Part shown: piece by piece, positions 1 through 11,363 of the stretch
Position numbering within the stretch: position 1 is the stretch's first letter
How the letters are laid out: each line of letters opens with the position of its first letter
Source of the DNA: Cetorhinus maximus
Lineage: Eukaryota
DNA length: 64,000 bases
NCBI RefSeq assembly: GCF_964194155.1
Contig: NC_135879.1
Span: 24,986,001 to 25,050,000, forward strand
Direction of reading: 5' to 3'
Notes under the pieces: generated by a model
The model's input: the letters and a program-made list of their open reading frames with translations, nothing else
Told to the model about the DNA's origin: nothing
Databases searched by the model: none
Program-made: the position numbers and the translations under genes

Positions 1-1258
1 GGGTGGGAAAAGTGAGTGGCATACCACTTGGTGCCAAGCCCAGACTCAGGACATTCCCAATATTTCCTGCACAACACTCCCCAGTGCAACACACCTTGCA
101 GTTGCACTCATTTCCCTCTCTCCAGGCACCTCTTCACATCCCCATCTAAACAGCCAACACTTTCACTCATCCTCATCCAATTTCCCTCTCACACCCATGC
201 CTTACAGTCACCCTCTGCAAATAGTTCTTTCCCCACTCCGCAAAAAACATTTCTAACACTCGAAACTTCTTGCAGGAGAAGAGCGGGCATAACTTCAGGG
301 AGAGGTAAAGATCTGGGTGGGGAGGGGTGGGGTGGTAGTGATGAGTTGGTCCTCTAATGATAGCCACCTTGACAATCACTGGCAATACATGCGCACATGG
401 TCCAGTGGGAAAGAGGTCTTGTTCTCAGAGGACGCAGATGTCAGCAACAACCTGGCCTGAGTCTCCTGAAGCACTGATGCTCTGTCATGTCAAGAGAGCT
501 GATCCTTTGCCTGTAGGCATTTTATTATGGGTCTCCCCTTATTGGAGCTGCATCTCTGTGTCCATCCCCTCTGCTCTGTGGAATGGTATGTGGCTGAGAA
601 GGCAACTGGTGCTGTCGTTGGTGTTGCTCCTCCTGCTGCTGGTACTGTTGGTGTTGGTGTTGCTGTTGCTGCTCCTTTTGTGCCTTATCAGAGATCCATG
701 GCAGAGCTACAAAGGCTGTTCCCATGTCATGGTGAAGGCTGGAAGCAGAAAAGTGCAGCTGATGGTGAGTGAGGACCAAGGCAGGTGAACTAACTTCCAA
801 GAATTTGGCAATCACCTTTTCAAGCAGCACTTTGATAAGAAGCACTGTGAGCACCATCCTCTCACCTGGCTATAGCTAGAGCTCTTTGTTTTCGCTGTTA
901 GAAGAGTTTCAAGCCTGATGGTTTCACTGAGGAAGCACTCCCCGGAGTACACTCACCTCAGTGACAATAGCAAGTTGCTGACAGCTCAGGAAATAGGTGC
1001 ACTGGTTGTTAAAGCCAGAATGGTTGTTTAAAACAGCTAATGAGTATTCAAATGTTGTAATGGCTTACCTGATCGCTCCAAAGGGATTCCCCACTTGGTT
1101 GCGAACCTGCTCAGGTGAAACCCAAAAGTGAGCAGAATAATGTCAGGATCCAAACCTGATGGAACTTGTTGGGCATTTAACTCCCTACACACACCCAACC
1201 CCAGCAAACCACCCCCACCTCCCCCCCAACCCCTCCTCTGCCCATAAAAAAATTCCCT
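1..1258 (-). mobile_element. Decayed, internally deleted PIF/Harbinger transposon (partial; continues left of the window)
   Basis: The minus strand at ~730-360 encodes a Q-rich N-terminus, then YRQRISSLDMTEHQCFRRL..QVVADIC..LPVIVKVAI, homologous to the transposase N-terminus at 61.6 kb. The plus strand has a remnant exon EKSGHNFRER*RSG after ttgcag (~275), like the Myb/SANT partner gene. Terminus-like AAAATTCCCT at ~1249-1258. Confidence 0.65.
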
Positions 1259-2104
1259 AGGAGTGGCTATGCATATTTCATGACATACTTCTTCTGTGTA
1301 GTGAACAGGATTAATCTGCTGAATGCCTATTTCATGTTCCATACTTTCCTTACCCATTTTGGGGGTATCTTGACTTTGGATAATAATGTGAAATGGGTGA
1401 TATTAATTCAACTGTCTCCAGACTTTCATTTCAATTGAAAGCCAAGATTATCTCTTTCTGTTTGTACCAGAAGCAGCACTAATTGCAATCCAAAGGAATA
1501 CTGGAAGACAATTTTTAAGAAGTGGTTTGGAAAGTGATCGAGTGATCCAGTGAATTGTAGCACAACTGTTCCTTCATCTCTGAGGGCAGACTTTAAACCT
1601 GACCTATGAGTTGATTTCTTTTGTATTTGTAGGAGTTCAACATAAAATTATTTGCCAAGCCTCAATTTAGTTGCGAGTAAGACTGTGCCAAATGCACAAA
1701 AATGCCCAGATTTCAAACGAAATAACCTTTCTCAGAAAGACAAGGCATGGAAGTTGAAAATTTGCATTGCTGTACTTTGGGATGCTTTTCTGAGTTTGTT
1801 GGAACAAAATATAAGGATCTCTATTTAGGCTATAATATTTGTCAATGGAGTTCTTGGTGCAGTCATTTGATCCCCAAAGTGAACAACAATTCCATTCATT
1901 ACATTAGCAGCCTTAACCCAATGACCAAAAGAAAGAGCAAGAGAGAGAAAGAGAGAGAGAGAGAGAGGGAGGGGTGGGGTTGGCAGGAGGAGGAGGTCAG
2001 GAAAGAAGGAAGGAATCATAACTACTTAGGGAGAAAATGTTGTCCTGCTGAAAATACATTTACTTTTATGTACAGACACTTTGTTTTATAGCTTAGCTTC
2101 CATT

Positions 2105-2700
2105 CTTCACAGAATCGCAGAATTTTTACAGTGCAGAAGAAGGCCTTTCAGCTCTCCAAATGAACAGTTCACTTGGTGCCATTCTCCTGCCCTCTCCCCA
2201 TAACCCTGAACATTGTTCCTTTTCAAATAACGGTTCAATTTCCTTTTGAATGCTGCAATTGAACCTGCCTCTGCCACACCCTCAAGCAGTGCATTCTAGA
2301 TTTTAACCACTCACTGCGAGAACAAGCTCTTTCTCATATCGCTTTTGCTTCCTTTGCGAATTACTTTAAATCTGTGCTCTTTTGTTCTTTATTCTTTCAC
2401 AAGTGGGAACAGTTTTCCCCTATCTACTCTGTCCAGACTCCTCAGGATTTTGAATACCTCTATCAAATCTCCTCTCAGCCTTCTCTTCTCTAAGGAAAAC
2501 AGTCCTAACTTCTCCAATCCATCTACATAACTGAAGTTCCTCTTCCGTGGAACCATTCTCACAAATTTTTTCTGCACTCTTTCCAATGCCTTCACACCCT
2601 TCCTAAAGTGCAGCGCCCAAAACTAGACGCAATACTCCAGCTGAGGCTGAATTATTATCTTACACAAGTTCAGCATAACCTCCTTGCTCTTGTACTCTAT
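2105..2700 (-). mobile_element. CR1 LINE 3' fragment
   Basis: ORF 2389..2595, ALERVQKKFVRMVP...LEKLGLFSLEKRRLRGDLIEVFKI, is the canonical CR1 ORF2 C-terminus. Confidence 0.9.
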
Positions 2701-2854
2701 TCTTAAACAATCTTTCATTCACAAATTTACACACCTCCAAATAAATACCTTGCTGTATTACCAATCACCAAGCCAGTGACTGACTGCACTACTATTTCCA
2801 ATTTCTCCGAGCATGTACATTTCTGTGTAAGTTTGTTGGAAGATTATAGGATTG

Positions 2855-3240
2855 CAGGAAGATAGGAACAGAAGTTGGCCATTCAGCCCCTTGAATCTGT
2901 TCTGCCATTCATTTTGATTGTAGCTGATCAATACATCAACTCCATTTTTCTGTTGTTACAGAATCCCTTGACACCCTCACCTAATAAAAATCTATCGATC
3001 TTAGTATCTAGAGCCTTTTAGCAGTGAGTGTTGAATAGTTGCACTACCCTTTGTGTGAAAACATGCTCTCAACTTTACTCCTAATTGGCTGAGCTATAAT
3101 TTTAAGATTATGCCCGTTGCCCTTGATTTCTCCATAACAGGAAATAACTTTCTGTACCTACCCAATCAAATCCTTTTATCATTTTAAATAACTAGATTAG
3201 ATCATCTCTGAACCTTCTAAACTCAAGGGAATATAAACAG
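2855..3240 (-). mobile_element. CR1 LINE 3' end fragment (older)
   Basis: Plus strand taggaacagaagttggccattcagcccc...gatcatctctgaaccttctaaactcaaggga is the reverse complement of a CR1 3' UTR and its SLEFRRxRxDL coding region. Confidence 0.7.
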
Positions 3241-3241
3241 A

Positions 3242-3632
3242 GGGCTGGACTTTACAGATGGCGGACTGCTCGGCCACTCCCCTCTCCCACCCATTGCAAG
3301 AGTCGGCCGGCAGCCAACGCACAGAAAAGGAGCCTGCCTCGCAGCCACAACGTGCAGCCGGCAGGCTAAACAGGCCAAGAGTGGGACTTCCGCCCCTCAG
3401 AGAGAGGAAGTCACACCCTCGAAAGCTGCCGGCTAATCTGATTGGGGGTTCTAATATCTTGGAGGGGGGTGCCCCCGATGCGCAAGCGCTACCCTTCCGC
3501 TAATGTGCTCCCCCTTTCTTCCCATCTTTATATGTTTTTTTTAAAAAACAGACTGCCCACTCCCACCTGCCTGCCCACACCAGCCATTTTTGGCAATAGG
3601 CAGCGTATTATAAGTCTTAATTGGTTTGTTAA
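3242..3632 (+). mobile_element. Harbinger-type MITE family A, left part, interrupted by the Gypsy element
   Basis: Starts GGGCTGGACTTT. Colinear with the complete copy at 17019-17787 up to ...ttgttaa, where the LTR begins. Confidence 0.7.
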
Positions 3633-3888
3633 TGTAGTAATTATGGTTTTATTAAGTGTGTAATGTACCTTTGCGAATAATACTTGTTCAGCAAGATCAC
3701 ATGATCTGTAGTAACCAATAGGAGAGTAGCTCAGGCTACCTCTTCAGTCACTGTAGAGATAGAGTTGGAGTTGAAAGCACACGTGTAGTTGCTGCTGAGT
3801 ATATTGTAAATAAGCATAATTTTTCCACCCAAGAAGTGTCTGCAGATCAACTCTATCACTAGTAGTGCAACTCGACCACCCTACAACA
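3633..3888 (+). repeat. 5' LTR
   Basis: TGTAG...CTACAACA; directly repeated from 8038. Confidence 0.85.
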
Positions 3889-5149
3889 AACTGGCAAAGA
3901 GGATAAAACAGGATTTAACCAAAGAAATCATGTTAGAAAGAAATCAGCACTGTACCTCGCCCAGTGATTGTAAGGAACAAGCTCTGTTGGAATTGAAGAA
4001 GTTATCCTCTCTCAAACTGCCACAATTTGGGAGAATTGATCCTTTTGAACCAGAAGATTGATCTCAATACCTAGAACACCTCACGTTCATTTTTCAAGCG
4101 AACAAGATTACAGCAGAAGGGAACAAAGCCTACAGTCTGATTCAAAGTTTGATGGAACCCAGTGCCCCAGATTCAAAGAATGTCAATGAATTGGTGGATC
4201 TTGTGAAGGGTCACTTTCAACCCAAGCCCTCAGTCATGATGAAGAGGTTCAGGTTTAATTTGTGAAACAGAGCCCTGGGTGAGACAATTGCGTGCTGTGT
4301 GGCAAATCTAAAGCAGCTAATGGAACATTGTGAGTTTGGTATGGCTCTGAATGGCATGCTCAGAGATTGTTTAGTGTGTGGTGTGAAAGAGGACTCTGTT
4401 CAGAAAAGATTATTGTCTTAAGTGAATCTGGATTTCAAGGAGGAACTAGAGATAGCGCTGGCCATGGAAAGTGCAATAAGAGATTCAAAAGCAATACAGG
4501 GTGCACAAAATGGCACCTTCCTCCACACCGGGCGGGAAACCTCAACCGAAAGAGGCGCGAAAAAGCGGGACTCTGCTGAGAAGCAGGAAACAGTCCCCGC
4601 TAGCCAAAGAATAAAGAAAAATAACTTAAACAATCAGCCTTTTAATGAATGGCAGTTTAAAACAATCGAATGCTACTATTGTCACAGAAATGGACATATA
4701 ATGAGGCAATGCAAGGAAAGTTTCAAGCAGGTTTGTAAACAAAAGAAGAAGCCCAATGAAATCTACAATGTAGAAGAGCCTGAAGCAACAAATTCAGACA
4801 TTTACTTGTTGTTTAACCTGAAAGTTGGAAAGACAGAACCAATATTTGCTACAGTGAAAGTAAATGGCAAACCTGTTAGAATGGAAGTCAACATGGGAGC
4901 TTTCACTACAGTAATTAGGGAACATACCTTCAGCTATTTGAATAATGGTGAACATCAGCTAAGTTTAGAAGAAACAGCCGCCAAGCTAAAAACATACACA
5001 GTGAAAACATTCAAGCAAAAGGCATAAGCAGAGTAACTGTCCATTATGGAAGCTCATCGGCAGAACTACCAGTGTTAGTATTGAGAGACAGAGGACCAAG
5101 CCTTCTAGGGAAAAATTGGCTAAGGGAAATCAACCTTGATTGACCACTG

Positions 5150-5750
5150 AGATTTCCAAAAGGAAGCTAGAAGCATTTGTGTTTTGAAAAAGGAGTGTGT
5201 AAGGACTCAGTAACCTGAAGAAATGCAAGCAGTCCTGAGCCAAAACCTGGAAGAACAGCAGAAGGAACTCGAAGAGACCCTGCTTGATGACAGAGTTCGA
5301 GACGAGGTGAGCAACCTTCGAAGGGAAAAAGAAAACCTGTTGAAAGACCTTCACACACTACAAGATTCCCTCAGGTCAAAGTTTGTACATCTGGAAAAGT
5401 ATGAAGAGAAACAGAAAGAATTTGTCACCTCTCTGAATATACTGAAGAATGCTTTGGCAGAGAAGACACAGCAATGCTCAATTTTTCAGGAGACAGCAAA
5501 CAAATACTAAAAAGAGGCAGAAGAGCTGAAGAATCAGCTAAATGAAGCCAAAGAGGCTTTGGAAGCAAAAGTCGCAGAATTTCCCAAGAAACAGACAGAT
5601 AATGAAATTTTGGGAGACTCAGCCACTGAACTCAGACAAGTTGAGCTTGCATCTGAGAGAAGTCTAGCCAACAGTGAAGCCAAAAAGAAGGCTGAGATTA
5701 AAGTCTGTGCCAGAAAGAAGGAGGTACATAGAAAGAAGATACAGAAATAC
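5150..5750 (+). pseudogene. Host-like coiled-coil coding segment inside the Gypsy pol region (UACA/ANKRD24/RAI14-like)
   Basis: ORFs 5223..5510 and 5559..5753 are in one frame, separated by one TAA. E/K/L/Q-rich heptad sequence with no RT motifs, at the position where RT should be. Confidence 0.6.
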
Positions 5751-5796
5751 TAATAGGGATTTAATTCTCGCAACATACGGATGCACTTTCGTAATA

Positions 5797-6522
5797 GGAC
5801 AGGATTTTACCATCGGTGAACGGGCCCCGCCCCCGCTTGCCGACGTGTAAAATAACGCACGGTGACGCCGGGCGGAATTCCCGGCGTCAGCGTGCCCCAT
5901 TTAAATTTTCGGGAAGGCAGGGGCATAGCAAAATCAGCTGTGTGCCTGCCGACCTGTCAATGGCCAATTGAGGCCATTGACAGAGTCAATTAAGTAATTA
6001 AAGGACCTGCCTGTCCAACCTTAAGGTTGGCGGGCAGGCCAGGAGCCCCGGCGGAAATTAGAAAAAGCATGAATCCTCATCCACGGGCAAGATGAGGTTT
6101 CATGTAGGGTTTTAAAAATTTTTAATAAAGTTTTTGTAAAAACTATGGACATGTCCCAACTTATGTGACAGTGTCATATGAGGGGACATGTTAGGGAAAT
6201 TTTATCATTCTATTTTTAGCTTTTTTACATTTAGAGCCGATCTCCCTGAGGCAGCACTTAGCCTCAGGGAGATGAGTGCGCTCTTTCATGCGCATGCGCG
6301 AAAGAGTGCACTCTCGATTTTGGGATTCACCACCTCCCCCCACCGCCCGCACAGGGACCGCACAGCGCTTCTTCTGTGCAGACATCATGTTGGGTGGGCC
6401 AATGAAGGCCCGCCCACATAAAATGGCACCGTGCCCCCCAATCGGGGGCGCCGATCAGGAGAGAGAGAGCCTGTGTGCGCCCACCCTTCAACTTCGCCCC
6501 CGACGGGGGGAAAATCCTGCCC
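5797..6522 (+). mobile_element. Harbinger-type MITE family B, complete, nested in Gypsy pol
   Basis: TIRs GGACAGGATTTT / AAAATCCTGCCC; ATA on both flanks; splits the pol motif LILATY..TFV|HRSGNQIAN. Confidence 0.88.
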
Positions 6523-8037
6523 ATAGGTCTGGCAATCAAATCGCAAATGCCAATGCCCTTAGTTGTTTGCCTTTACAAGAAAATGATGAGCACGTCCCAG
6601 TTCCACAGGAACTTGTTTTACTGTTAATTTTCTTAGATTCCTCACCAGTATGTGCTCAAAAGATCAGAGATTGGACAAGTCGGGACCCAGTCCTATCTCA
6701 AGTACGAGAAGAAGTGCAACATGGTTGGTCACAGGAGCCTGTATCTGACTAAATGAAACCGTACTTCGACAGAAGACACGAAATAACCAGCCAGGATGGC
6801 ATCTTATAGTGGGGAGCACAAGTAACAGTCCCTCCAAGGGGAAGGGAGCCACTTTTAATTGAACTACACAGTGCCCATCCAGAAATTTCCCAAATGAAGA
6901 CCAAAGCATGCAGCTATCGATGGTGGCCTGGGATGGATGGTGAAATAGAGAGTTTAGTAAAGCACTGTGGGCAATGTCAGGAACTGAAAAAGTTGCCAGT
7001 GACAGCTCCATTACACCCATGGGAGTGGCCAGGTAGACCCTGGGTGTGGTTACACATTGACTACATTGGACCTTTCCTGGAAACAACGTTTCTGCTCATT
7101 GTGACACCCATTCAAAATGGTTGGATGTATATGAGGTGAAGTCACCAACATCGGCCACTACAATTAAGAAACTACATCAGAGTTTTGCCATTCACGGACT
7201 ACCAAAAGTAGTAATTTCTGATAACAGCACGGCATTTACAAGTGCTGAGTTTCAACAGTTTATTAGCCTCAACGGTATCACTCATGTGAAAACTGCACCG
7301 TACCACCCTTCCTTAAATGGACTGGTTGAAAGGGTGGTTCAAATGTTCAAGGCGGGCATGAGAAAACTATTTGGAGTTACAGGACTACCCTTCATACAAC
7401 AACAGGTATCACACCTGTGGATTTATTGTTGAAACGCCTTATCAGGATGAGATTGAGCTAAATAATGCTGGATTTAGAGGGGAATGTGGACAGGAGTCAG
7501 GGAAGCCAGGAAACCCGATACAACTGGCATAGTCGCGTAGAGAAATTTAACAGTGGAGAGCCGGAATACGTGAAAAACTTCAGGGAAGGACCAAATGGGT
7601 TACCGGGTGAAATAAGTTTGGTGGCTGGACCTCTATCTTACCATGTGTAGGTGGAAGGCCGGATCATCTGTAAACATGTGGACCATTTAAGGAAGAGAGG
7701 GACAAATCACTAAGATTTGGTTCCACCAGTGATCATGAATGAGTTTGCGTTTCCTGTTGAGAATACTCAACCCAGAACTGAAATGCCTGATGTCCCTGTA
7801 AGAGCTAAGGATACAGGACTGCAAGTGCCCACCAAAGTATCTGATGTTCAGGCAACTCTGGAAAAGGAGGTTCCTGATGAAGAATCTGAAGTTGTGAAGT
7901 TGCGACGTTCCACACGTACCAGGAAACCACCTGAAAATCTGAACTTGTAAATTCCTTACCCAGTGTAAATATTATGTTGTCTTGAAAATGATGTACTTGT
8001 AAATATAATATGTATAGCCGAGTTAAAGGGAGAGGAT

Positions 8038-8224
8038 TTTAGTTATTACGGTTTTATTTAGTGTGTAATATACCTTTAAGAATAATACTTGTTAGGCAAG
8101 ATCACATGATCCTGTAGTAACCAATAGGAGAGTAGCGTGTGATACCTCAGCAGTCAGTGTAGAGATAGAGTTAGAGTTGAAAGCACACATGTAGTTGCTG
8201 CTGAGTATATTGTAAGTAAACTTA
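8038..8224 (+). repeat. 3' LTR (truncated by a MITE insertion and a deletion)
   Basis: Closely matches 3633-~3815 (for example gcaagatcacatgatc...gtagttgctgctgagtatattgtaa) and follows the PPT. Confidence 0.85.
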
Positions 8225-8587
8225 GGCCAAGATTTTCCCGTCGGCGAGCGTGCCCCGCCCCCCGTTCGCCGACACGTAAAATGACGCGCGGTGACGCTGG
8301 GCAGAACTCCCGACCTCACCGCGCCCCATTTAAATTTTCAGGTAGGTGGGGGCGCAGCAAAATCAGCTGTATGCCCGCCGACATGTCAATAGCTAATTGA
8401 GGCCATTGACAGAGTCATTAATTAATGGACCTGCCCGTCCAACATTAAGGTTGGTGGGCAGGCCAGGAGTCCTAGCGGGAATTAGAAAAAGCATGAAATC
8501 TCCTTCATGGGTGGGATGAGGTTTCATGTAGGTTTTTAAAAATTTAATTAAAGTTTTTTTAAAAATTATGGACATGTACCAACTCAT
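8225..8587 (+). mobile_element. Harbinger-type MITE family B, left half, in the 3' LTR
   Basis: Starts GGCCAAGATTTT; highly similar to 5797-~6165; ends abruptly. Confidence 0.85.
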
Positions 8588-8619
8588 GTCCAGTGACATT
8601 ACCACTATGCCGCCATCTT

Positions 8620-8930
8620 CTTGGTGTAATTCTGATCAATTTGTACTGTATCCTTTCCAACATCAGTACAGTCTTCATGGGGTTCAGTTGCCAAAACTGA
8701 ATGCAGTGCTCTAGGTGGGAGTTGACCAAAGCTCTGTACAAATGAAACACTGCTTCCTTCAATTGTGTATTCTAACTTCTGGAGACAAAAGCCAACCTTT
8801 CTTAGCTCTTTTGATTAATTTTTACACCTGAATGCTAGCTTTTAGCAACATGTACATTTGGTAACCTACATCCCTTTGTTCCTCCACAGCCCCTAGTCTC
8901 TCATCATTAAGGAATTATTCCAATTTTGCT
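8620..8930 (-). mobile_element. CR1 LINE ORF2 fragment
   Basis: ORF 8559..8762, LYRALVNSHLEHCIQFW...LERIQ, is a CR1 C-terminal motif. Confidence 0.75.
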
Positions 8931-9779
8931 TGTATGTTTGCTTAAACAACAATATAGGCATCCTTAGTGCACCCGGGCAGCTGTCTTGTACAATTGAGCC
9001 TCATTGTTCGTGAGAGCACAAAGAACCTGGAGAATTTATGATAGGGAATCAAATGGGAAGCCCTAAGCTTTCTTGTAACCTCATTTCCATTTCAGCTACC
9101 TTGATCTAGCAGGTAATGGTTAACTTTGTGTTTAGATTTTTTGTTCCATACAAAGTTCAGTTTCAGACAAAAGCACTGGTCCAGTTTCTATAGGTAGAAG
9201 AAATAATACATAAAACATTGTTTAAAACAATGAGTGAAGATTGTTTTGGATTGTTAATGAATGCTGAGATGGAGCTGCTGTGTTCCTGACATAAATATGT
9301 GTCTCAGGCTTAAGCACAAGTAACTTTTATAGTCATGAACATGTGATTGACAGCCTAGCTACATATTCCATAATTTTTAAATGTAGGAGTCTTCCAATCC
9401 ACTGGATTTAATGGCTTCAGAGTGGTTTAAGTCCAAAAACAAAGAACATATTTTATTTTGATACTGACAAGGCTATAATACTCTATCACTACCTCAGTAT
9501 AGCAATTTGACTATTCAAACACTGGTTCTACACCTGTACAACACAGGTGTAACTTGCTGTAACTTATATCCTATTTGCTTGAAAATTCTTATTCTGCAAT
9601 CAGTTTTACATCTTCATCTTCCCCATTATAAATCAGACTTAATTACTCACATTGCAGAGCTAGATGGCTGTAATCGAAGAACACTTGGTACTTTACAGAA
9701 GACATAATTCTTAACAGAGCCATTGATTTAGTCTTCTCCTCACTGAAGATAACACACCATTTGTCAGCCACTTCTTTTT

Positions 9780-10040
9780 TCCCCCAATATCTGCCTACAA
9801 TTGTTCAATCCCCTCTTGTTTACTGACGGCAAATTAATGACTCTGTGAAGGGCGGTGTCATCAGCAAAAAGCCTGGCATGCTTGATGTCATTTCCCAGAT
9901 AATTGATCAAAATAAGGATTAGAATAAGATCCTGGGGGACTCATGCACAAGTATCCTTTATGACCAGTGAGGAAGTTTGCATGCCTACTTCAATAGTCAC
10001 CAAATAAGTCAGTTGCTACTCCTTCATAGGTGAACTTAAC
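9780..10040 (-). mobile_element. Very old non-LTR reverse transcriptase remnant
   Basis: The minus strand reads LFADDTAL at ~9872-9849 (YADD-type motif), preceded by a hydrophobic SPxxLF-like segment. Boundaries approximate. Confidence 0.35.
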
Positions 10041-10294
10041 AATGCAATGCTACAATCTCCATTCCCCCACATGTGCATATCACCAATCATCAACCTCCAT
10101 GTTTATTCTGTATATATTATAAATTTCCATTTTTCCATGTGCCTTCAGGTATTGATAATATCTACATCTCCACCTCATTATTATACTACATATCTTCATT
10201 CTAATCTCCGTTCTTTCATATTTGTATAGTATACTCACAAGTGCAAACACACTTCCAGTTTTATCTGAACTTTGTGCTTATCGAAGTGAAAATT

Positions 10295-10685
10295 ACTAGT
10301 GCTGGGAAAGAGAACACTTTCCATTTCAGTTCCCCAGTTTCAACATCAAGCACTTCTAGGCTAGGGAGAGGACAACTGGAAGGAGTATAAAGCAGCCTCT
10401 ACTCTGCCTCAATGGTGCATCTCGGCTCCAACCTCAAGCTCAGAAGAATATCCAGGGTTATATCTTTTTTTACTTTCCCACAACAAGCACCTTAAAGGTG
10501 GCTTCTCTGAAAGTGCCTGCCAAATTAGTGCCAAGTTAGCGGCTGTTTTGTGCTGATACCCAAATGACATAGAAACTTTTAAGAGGCAGCAAATGCAGGA
10601 GAACTTTTATCGCATCATTCTAATCTGGATTTCAACCCAGATACCGGAAATCAAAGACCAATTTCCACGGCACTGTGCAATCATC
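10295..10685 (-). mobile_element. Ancient tRNA-headed SINE, LF-SINE-like
   Basis: The minus strand has a B-box-like GGGTTGAAATCC and the core AACTTGGCACTAATTTGGCA that I recall from LF-SINE. A related copy lies at ~29560-29910. Confidence 0.45.
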
Positions 10686-10769
10686 TCTCAAATATATACT
10701 AATTTCAACTAATGCACACACAATCACAGTAAGCGATTTGAATGAAACTGGCTCTGTTCAATATACCAG

Positions 10770-11255
10770 GAAGATTCAATTTGAACAATGCTGCCCATGT
10801 ACTAACTTGTACCAAGTACCATTCACCTATCAATCCTGTCCTCTCAGACTTACATTGGATCCCAGTAAAGCAGTGGCATGATTTTAAAATCCTCATTCTT
10901 GTTTTCAAAACCCTTTCATGCCCCTAACCCTTCCTATTTCTGTAATCTTCTCTGGCCCGCAAACCCTCTAAGATAGCTACATTCCTTTAACTCAGACTTC
11001 TTGAGCATCCCTCATCTTAATTGCTGCACCATAAGTGGCCTTGCCTTCAGTTGCCTAGACTATGAGCGCTGAGATTCCCTCCCTGCATCTCTCTACCTTG
11101 ATTTCCTCATTTAAGACACACCTTAAAATTACCTTTTTGACTAAACTTTTGGTCAATGTCTCTTTATGTAGTTTCGTGTCATATTTTATTTCATAATGAT
11201 CCATGAAGCACCTTGGAATGATTTACTACATAAAGGTGCTATATAAATATAAGTT
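10770..11255 (+). mobile_element. L2-clade LINE 3' fragment
   Basis: ORF 10742..10927, AAHVLT..HSPINPVLSDLHWIPV...FKILILVFKTL; L2-type tail ...aaggtgctatataaat. Confidence 0.8.
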
Positions 11256-11363
11256 TGTGCAAAGTTTTTTGTATTTTTATTACTTCCTATTTTTGGTCCA
11301 CAATTAAAAAATTGTTCTCCCCTATACAACAGCCAAACTAACATTTTTGGTGTGCTGGATTAT

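Larger units (their letters stand above)
3633..8224 (+). mobile_element. Ty3/Gypsy LTR retrotransposon, degenerate and lacking RT
   Basis: Direct LTRs at 3633-~3888 and 8038-8224 (truncated). PBS-like TGGCAAAGAGGAT at 3892 and PPT AAAGGGAGAGGA before the 3' LTR. Contains gag (FGRIDPF; zinc knuckle CYYCHRNGHIMRQC), protease (VNGKPVRMEVNMGA, LLGKNWL), the RNase H end (HRSGNQIANANALS) and integrase (WWPGMD..CGQC, PW..LHIDY.GPF, HGLP..ISDN, APYHPSLNGLVER). Confidence 0.93.

Noticed and set aside
357-857. Poly-Leu (plus) and poly-Gln (minus) ORFs as a host gene
   Set aside because: They are the low-complexity N-terminus of a decayed Harbinger transposase and its antisense reading.
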